Positions 58,504-64,000 of a stretch of 64,000 nucleotides of DNA are shown here, piece by piece (position 1 is the first letter of the stretch; each line of letters opens with the position of its first letter). The position numbers and the translations under genes were made by a program. This DNA is from Octopus vulgaris. Its lineage: Eukaryota. The stretch spans positions 36,394,001 to 36,458,000 of the forward strand of contig OX597830.1 in assembly GCA_951406725.2 (NCBI GenBank), written 5' to 3'. The notes beneath the pieces were generated by a model that was not told the origin of the DNA, made no database searches, and saw only the letters and a list, made by a program, of their open reading frames with translations.

Positions 58504-58721
58504 GTAATCGTTTTTTATTTCGTATATTTTCATTTGTCTTGCTTATTTTTACACTTTGGTTTTTTGCTGAGTTTTTTTCTTGGGAACACATTCTTCGTGG
58601 AAAAAAGCGTTTTTGACGTCTATATCTAGAATATTGGCTGTCCACTTTTAGTGGTCAGTCCTCTAAATTTTGTATATATTTGAATGAAACAGTTCTAGTC
58701 CTGTAGAAGCTCCTTCTATAA

Positions 58722-58783
<62 letters not shown>

Positions 58784-58786
58784 ATA

Positions 58787-59170
58787 GGCGCCGAAGTGGC
58801 TATGTGATAAGTAGCTTTCATACCAACCACATGGTTTCGAGTTCAGTCCCACTGCGTGGCACCTCAAGCTAGTGTCTTCTACGATAGCATTGACTGACCA
58901 AATCCTTGTGAGTGGATCTGATAGACGGAAACTGAAAGAAGCTCATTGTGTGTGTGTTTGTGTCTGTGATTGTCCTCCTAGCATCACTTGACAACCGATG
59001 TTTGTGTGACTACGTCCCCGTAACTTAGCGGTGCGGAGAAACAGACCGATAGAATAAGTACTAGGCTTACAGAGAATAAGTCTTGGGGTCGATTTGTTCG
59101 ATTACAGGCAGTGCTCCAGCGTGGCCGCAGCCAAATGACTGAAACAAGTAACAGAGTAAAAGAATAAAAG
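58787..59170 (+). mobile_element. SINE family A
   Basis: Matches 2716-3140. Confidence 0.9.
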
Positions 59171-59276
<106 letters not shown>

Positions 59277-59665
59277 CTAGGTACTAGGTAGGGAGATAAG
59301 CAGGCAAGCAGACAGACATGGTGGAAGTCGACTTGTGACTGAGTATGACTTTGTCAAAAATAAATGGGACCCTGACAGCTTCTACTGTTCCGGGTTAGAC
59401 CGGTCCTGAGAGTAATGATAATTATGGGGCAACTCAATTCTCCCCATATTTCCAGAACTGGAGCCTCACCACTAAATGCAGTTCAGATACACATACAAGT
59501 ATACCGTCGACTTCATTCAATTGAATCTCGAATAATTGCACAATTCGATTAACTGCATTCGATTATTCTCACCCCGATTATAATAAAAACAAAGTGACAA
59601 AATTTGAGCATCTGTTGAATATGCTATGAATATTAATAAATGTTGAGTTACAAATAACAGTAACT

Positions 59666-59995
59666 GGTACGCATGGTTCAGTGGTTAGAGCGTCAGGCTC
59701 ACAATCATGAGGTAGTGAGTTCGATTCCCGGACCGGGCTGTGTGTTGTGTTCTTGAACAAGACACTTAATTTTACATTTCTCCAGTTCACTCAGCGATAG
59801 AAATGAGTTGCGATGTCACTATTGTCAAGTTATATCGGCCTTTGCCTTTCCCTTAAATAGCACCGGTGGCGTAAAGAGGGGAGGCTGGTATGCATGGGCG
59901 ACTGCTGGTCTTCCATAAAACAACCTTGCTTGGGCTTGAACTTTAGAGGGGAACTTTCTATGTGCAATCCCATGATCATTCTTGACCGAAAGGAG
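59666..59995 (+). mobile_element. SINE family B variant
   Basis: TGGTTCAGTGG A-box, GAGTTCGATTCC B-box. Confidence 0.85.
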
Positions 59996-60439
59996 TCTCT
60001 GCCTAATCGGTACACCATATTCAGAAAAACCTATGGCAAAAGAGCGAAATGTATTGAAATTATTCCTGCCATTTCCACGAATTGAAGAGTACCAGAGCTC
60101 TTATCTCACATGTAATTGGTGTTTTTATTTGTGTGTGTGTTTTTTGTTTTTTTTATCATCTATTATTGACAAGTATTAGTCATTAGACTGCGGCCATGTT
60201 GGAGCACCACCTTCATGTTGAATGAATTGATCCCAGTACGTTTTATATTTTAAACCTGGTTCATATTCTATCGATCTCTGTTGCCGAGTCGCTGGTTTAC
60301 GGGAATGTGAACACATCAACGCCGGTTGTCAAGAGATGATAGAGGAAAAACACACACACTCACACACATACACTCACACACACACACACACAAACACACA
60401 AACACATAAACACACACACAAACAAACACACACACATAT

Positions 60440-60818
60440 ATAAAGAGTGTGATGTCTCCATTGCCGCCATTTTATATTTTTAATTTCGCGCATGCGCATG
60501 GTTTGTTTTTGACTTTGTCAACAACACAGTCTCTGAGAAAACCAACACCATGACGTAATTCAATCTACCAGAAATTTGGAAACGACATGCTGTACTGTTT
60601 GGAATTCGCACCGGAAGCTCAAATACGAGCATTTTAAGTTTGGGTGTCAATCTGAGTACAATGCAGAGGATTTGGAAAGAGCTAGATGAGTCTAATGGTG
60701 ATTACGAAGGTACAGCAGCTCGGAAAATTCCCTCTGGTCGTTCTGATAAGAAAAGAACTCCTGAATTTGTCGGTGAGATCCAGGCCATGATTGACAATGA
60801 TCCCTCCTAGTCAATCAG
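60440..60818 (+). mobile_element. Tc1/mariner (maT/DD37D-like) transposon 5' fragment within a minus-strand SINE A (60170-60990)
   Basis: From ATG 60550: MT*FNLPEIWKRHAVLFGIRTGSSNTSILSLGVNLSTMQRIWKELDESNGDYEGTAARK..RSDKKRTPEFVGEIQAMIDNDPS*SI, an N-terminal HTH region. Confidence 0.8.
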
Positions 60819-60999
60819 TGGATTTGGTAGACAGAAAATTTTCTGTTTACCAAATCCACTCACAAGACTCACAAGGCTTTGATCGGCCCCATTCTATAGT
60901 AGAAAACACTTGCTCATGGTGCCACGCAATAGAACTGAACTCAGAACGACGTGGTTAGGAAGCAAGTAAATTAACATGCAGCCACGCCTGAGAATAGGC

Positions 61000-62405
61000 T
61001 TTTGATATTAGCAAACTTGATGAAAGTGACATCATAAAATCGTAGAAGCAAGACCTTAAGAACCGATGTACCGTAGAAAATGCAGAAACAAATGCAGTTA
61101 ACCATTGGAATAAAATCAACAACATTTAAGTTGCTACAGGTAAAAATTGAAGAGGAATAAAGGGAGGAAAAGAGAGAGTAATGGTAAGTCCCCAAGGCAT
61201 GATATGTTAGAGATAAGTGACGTGAGCAGAAATATAGAAGCTAAAAGGTATATAACGCTAAAGAAGCGTATAAAACACTTTGTGATAGAGAAATAAAGAA
61301 GTGTTACCTGGAAGATAAAGAATAGTGGTTTGAAGACCATGTAAAGACTGCAGAAAGTGCTGTAAAAACTCAAGAAGAGCGTTGTAGTTCGCTTGAAGCA
61401 TTGTGATACAAAAGTAGAAAATTGAATAAAATGAGAAATAAGGAACGCTTCTAACGGTGCAGAAAGGTTTAAAAACTATACATTTCGGGTGCAAAGGCTT
61501 ATCTTCAAAGAAATAGGTATTTACATAGCTCCTGCCATTTTGGATAACCTGGTGTTAGAATTCGGACAATCCAAAATGGCAAGATCTATGTAAATACAGA
61601 TTTCTTTGACTGTATTCTTCTGAAGATAGGCCTTTGCGCCCGAACTATAAAGAGGTTTTGCGCCCAAAGTATAAAGGGGTTCTGCGCCCGAAGTATAAAA
61701 GGGTTTTTTTTTAAGCTTTCTGCATTGTTAGAAGCCTTCTTTATTTTTCACTTGATTTATTTTTCAGTTACTGTAACAATTATTCAAGAATCACATAGCA
61801 TTGTGTTCTGTAGTATGGAAACAACAATGCGAGGATACATGTGAACAGCAAGAATGGCTAATGTCTAAAGGAAGGAGAGTACGACAAGAAAAGATGGGCG
61901 AGGGGCTGTTGGGGAATGGGCATTTCTAAGAAATGTTAAAATCAATCTGAACCGTGTGAGCTTTTACAGGTAACTGATTGTTTAAATTATCTTGAAAAAG
62001 AATAAAATTGTTAGTATAGCTGGAGTTACTGGTGAGCGTGTTAAATATGGAGGGGAAAACGAAGGAGAATCGCTTGCTTACCCTTTGTAACATGATCTAT
62101 GATGGAAAATACCAAGAAATTAGAAAACATTTGTCATTAAGAAAGTGTCAAAGAAATAAGGTCTCTTGGTGATTGTTCAAACGAGAAAGTAGCTTCTGTA
62201 GTTATGGCGAACAGCGGGCTGCTTTCATTAATTGTTGTTAAACATAATGACGGAGACAACTGAAGCCATTTTAAGAGACTAACAATCTGGATTTTGTAGA
62301 AATAATTCAAGCTGCACTAACACCATTTTTGCATCGGGACACACAATAATTGACAACACCATCAAATACAAGTCAACTGCAGACATTAATTTTATCACAG
62401 AAGAA
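61000..62405 (+). mobile_element. RTE-clade LINE relic (linker plus RT N-terminus), interrupted by a foldback element
   Basis: DISKLDESDII..KQDLKNR; AKEAYKTLCDREIKKCYLEDKE*WFED; KNG*CLKEGEYDKKRWA; LKKNKIVSIAGVTGERVKYGGE; LRD*QSGFCRNNSSCTNTIF...INFI. Confidence 0.75.
61405..61765. mobile_element. Foldback element with decayed hammerheads in both arms (61476-61512 minus, 61616-61653 plus)
   Basis: Right arm UCUU-CUGAAGA-U-AGGC CUUUGC GCCC-GAACUAUA-AAGA; left arm ends GAAAUGUA. A ~23-bp unit is repeated x3 at 61633-61703. Confidence 0.7.
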
Positions 62406-62611
62406 TCTTAACATTGCGAACCAAAAGTTAAGGTACAGAACATCGTTTATACTTTTGTTTAACCGTTTCCTTTGTTGTCTCTTCATCTAAATACTTTCTC
62501 TCCATCCTGCTTAGCTTCTTGTTTGTACTTTCTTTTGTTCTTTCTTTATCTAGAGCGGAAAGTCTCTTGTTTTCTTCTCGATTCATGTATAACACAAATC
62601 TTTTTTTTTTA

Positions 62612-62721
62612 CCTTTCATCTTTTCGGGGTCAAAGAAATAAGTACCAGTGAAACACTGAGATTGATATTATTGACTATGCCCCTCCCCCAAATTTCAAGC
62701 CTTGTGCCTATAGTGGAAAGG

Positions 62722-62722
<1 letters not shown>
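62612..62722 (+). mobile_element. SINE family C, 3' fragment
   Basis: CCTTTCATCTTTTCGGGGTC..AAGTACCAG core. Confidence 0.75.
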
Positions 62723-62808
<86 letters not shown>

Positions 62809-62809
62809 T

Positions 62810-63830
62810 TCATATACACTCAACAGATTAGACTGTTGGAAAAGAAAAATTATCCTAACATCGACGACAAGATGCCAAAAACCCTTCTATATGGCTACAA
62901 GTAACCTTAGATGCCTAGAACCCTCCTAAGTATCCTAGCTGTACCTAATAACACTGTTTTCTGGAGCTGTACTAAATTGGGTTTTATACCTATTTTCTGT
63001 CCATCTGTTCAGATCTTTAGGGATAGTTCCCAATGCACCTCTAACTACTGGGATACATTTTACCCGCACATTCCATAGTCTCTGTAATTCAATAGCTTGG
63101 TCCTGGTACTTTGCTATATTTTCTATACTTCTCATGTTAATGTTTTCATCATTTGGGACTGTAAAGTCAATTGTCTGGCACTTTCTATTCTCTTTATCTA
63201 CTACTACCAAATCAGGCCTTCTACCTTCTATTATTCTGTCAGTCTGAATGTTAAAGTCCCACGACATCTTATATTCCTTACTTTCTAGTATTTTACTCTG
63301 TTAATGTTCATACCATTTATCAGTATGATCAAATCCTAGCTTTCCAGGATTTGCACCCAGTGGATTCTTTCCCTAAGCTGTCATATAATTTTTGTATTCT
63401 TTCTGTGCCGGCAAGCTATATTCACTCACTATATGAGTAACACTTTCTTGTTTTGATTTGCATAACCTACATTGAGAATCTACTTGGTTTTTGTCTAGCA
63501 TGTCTATCTGATCCAATTAGTCCTTAATGCTTGATTTTATACAGCTATTAACAAATTTTCTGTCTCCCTTGTCAGCTTTCCTTTCTGCAACCATAACCAG
63601 GTCTCACTACTACTATCTGCTGCAACTATCCCTTTTACGATCCCTTTTGATCGAAAACTTATCCCACTGTTTTTTTTTCTTCTCAAAAAAAGAAAAGCTC
63701 TACTTTGTAATCTGTCCCGCCTGTGTGCAGCCCTATGTGGCTAATAAAGAAACATATATTTGGGAATCTACCATGCAAGGCCTTCTCCAGCCAGTAAGAT
63801 AATTTCTGTTCTTTTTTCTGGTTCTAAACT
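62810..63830 (-). mobile_element. R4/Dong-clade non-LTR retrotransposon 3' portion (CCHC knuckle plus restriction-like endonuclease), decayed
   Basis: EKALHGRFP; TWLWLQKGKLTRETENLLIAV*NQALRTNW; CRLCKSKQESVTHIVSE; WDFNIQTDRIIEGRRPDLVVVDKENRKCQTIDFTVPND..KYQD..IPVVRGALG (ORF 62935-63267). Confidence 0.9.
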
Positions 63831-63843
63831 TCGTTTCGGTTTG

Positions 63844-63957
63844 GGTTTTTGGTTTCCCTATTCTTTGGGTAAAAATTTTGGGTAAAATTTTCGAAGAATT
63901 TTTGGGTAAAATTTTTGGTGAAAATTTTCGAAAAATTTTGGGGTAAAATTTTCGAAG
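63844..63957. repeat. Degenerate tandem repeat of TTTTGGGTAAAA / TTTTCGAA
   Basis: Direct reading; may be the end of an element continuing beyond the window. Confidence 0.7.
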
Positions 63958-64000
63958 TTGTGTGTGTGAGAGTCTGTCTCCTCCGATTTAGATTCCTAAC

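Larger units (their letters stand above)
57696..58675 (-). mobile_element. Retrozyme/PLE-type unit: 536-bp monomer, ~100-bp terminal redundancy, ~340-bp inverted tail
   Basis: 57696-57797 is repeated at 58232-58334; 58335-58675 is the reverse complement of 57787-58128; flanked by (TA)n. Confidence 0.85.

Overview
AT-rich, microsatellite-saturated animal non-coding DNA (intergenic or a very large intron). It is most likely from an octopus or other coleoid cephalopod, inferred from the tRNA-derived SINE families and the (TA)n/(ATAG)n/(ATAC)n/(GAT)n landscape. I find no credible host exon, and most ORF-track entries are translations of simple repeats or SINEs. The recognisable content is many SINEs, decayed LINEs (R4/Dong, RTE, CR1/L2-like), Tc1/mariner relics, MITEs and a Penelope-like element (PLE) ORF fragment. 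The most notable signal is about 20 type-I hammerhead ribozyme (HHR) motifs, intact or decayed, on both strands and in many different short repeat families. Several sit in 470-560 bp non-coding units with terminal redundancy and/or inverted tails inserted into (TA)n tracts, as expected for retrozymes or non-autonomous PLE derivatives. One is attached to a tRNA-like Pol III head, and several show recurrent non-canonical cores (C at position 4; a U3-A8 pair). All structures were folded by eye, and repeat boundaries are approximate.
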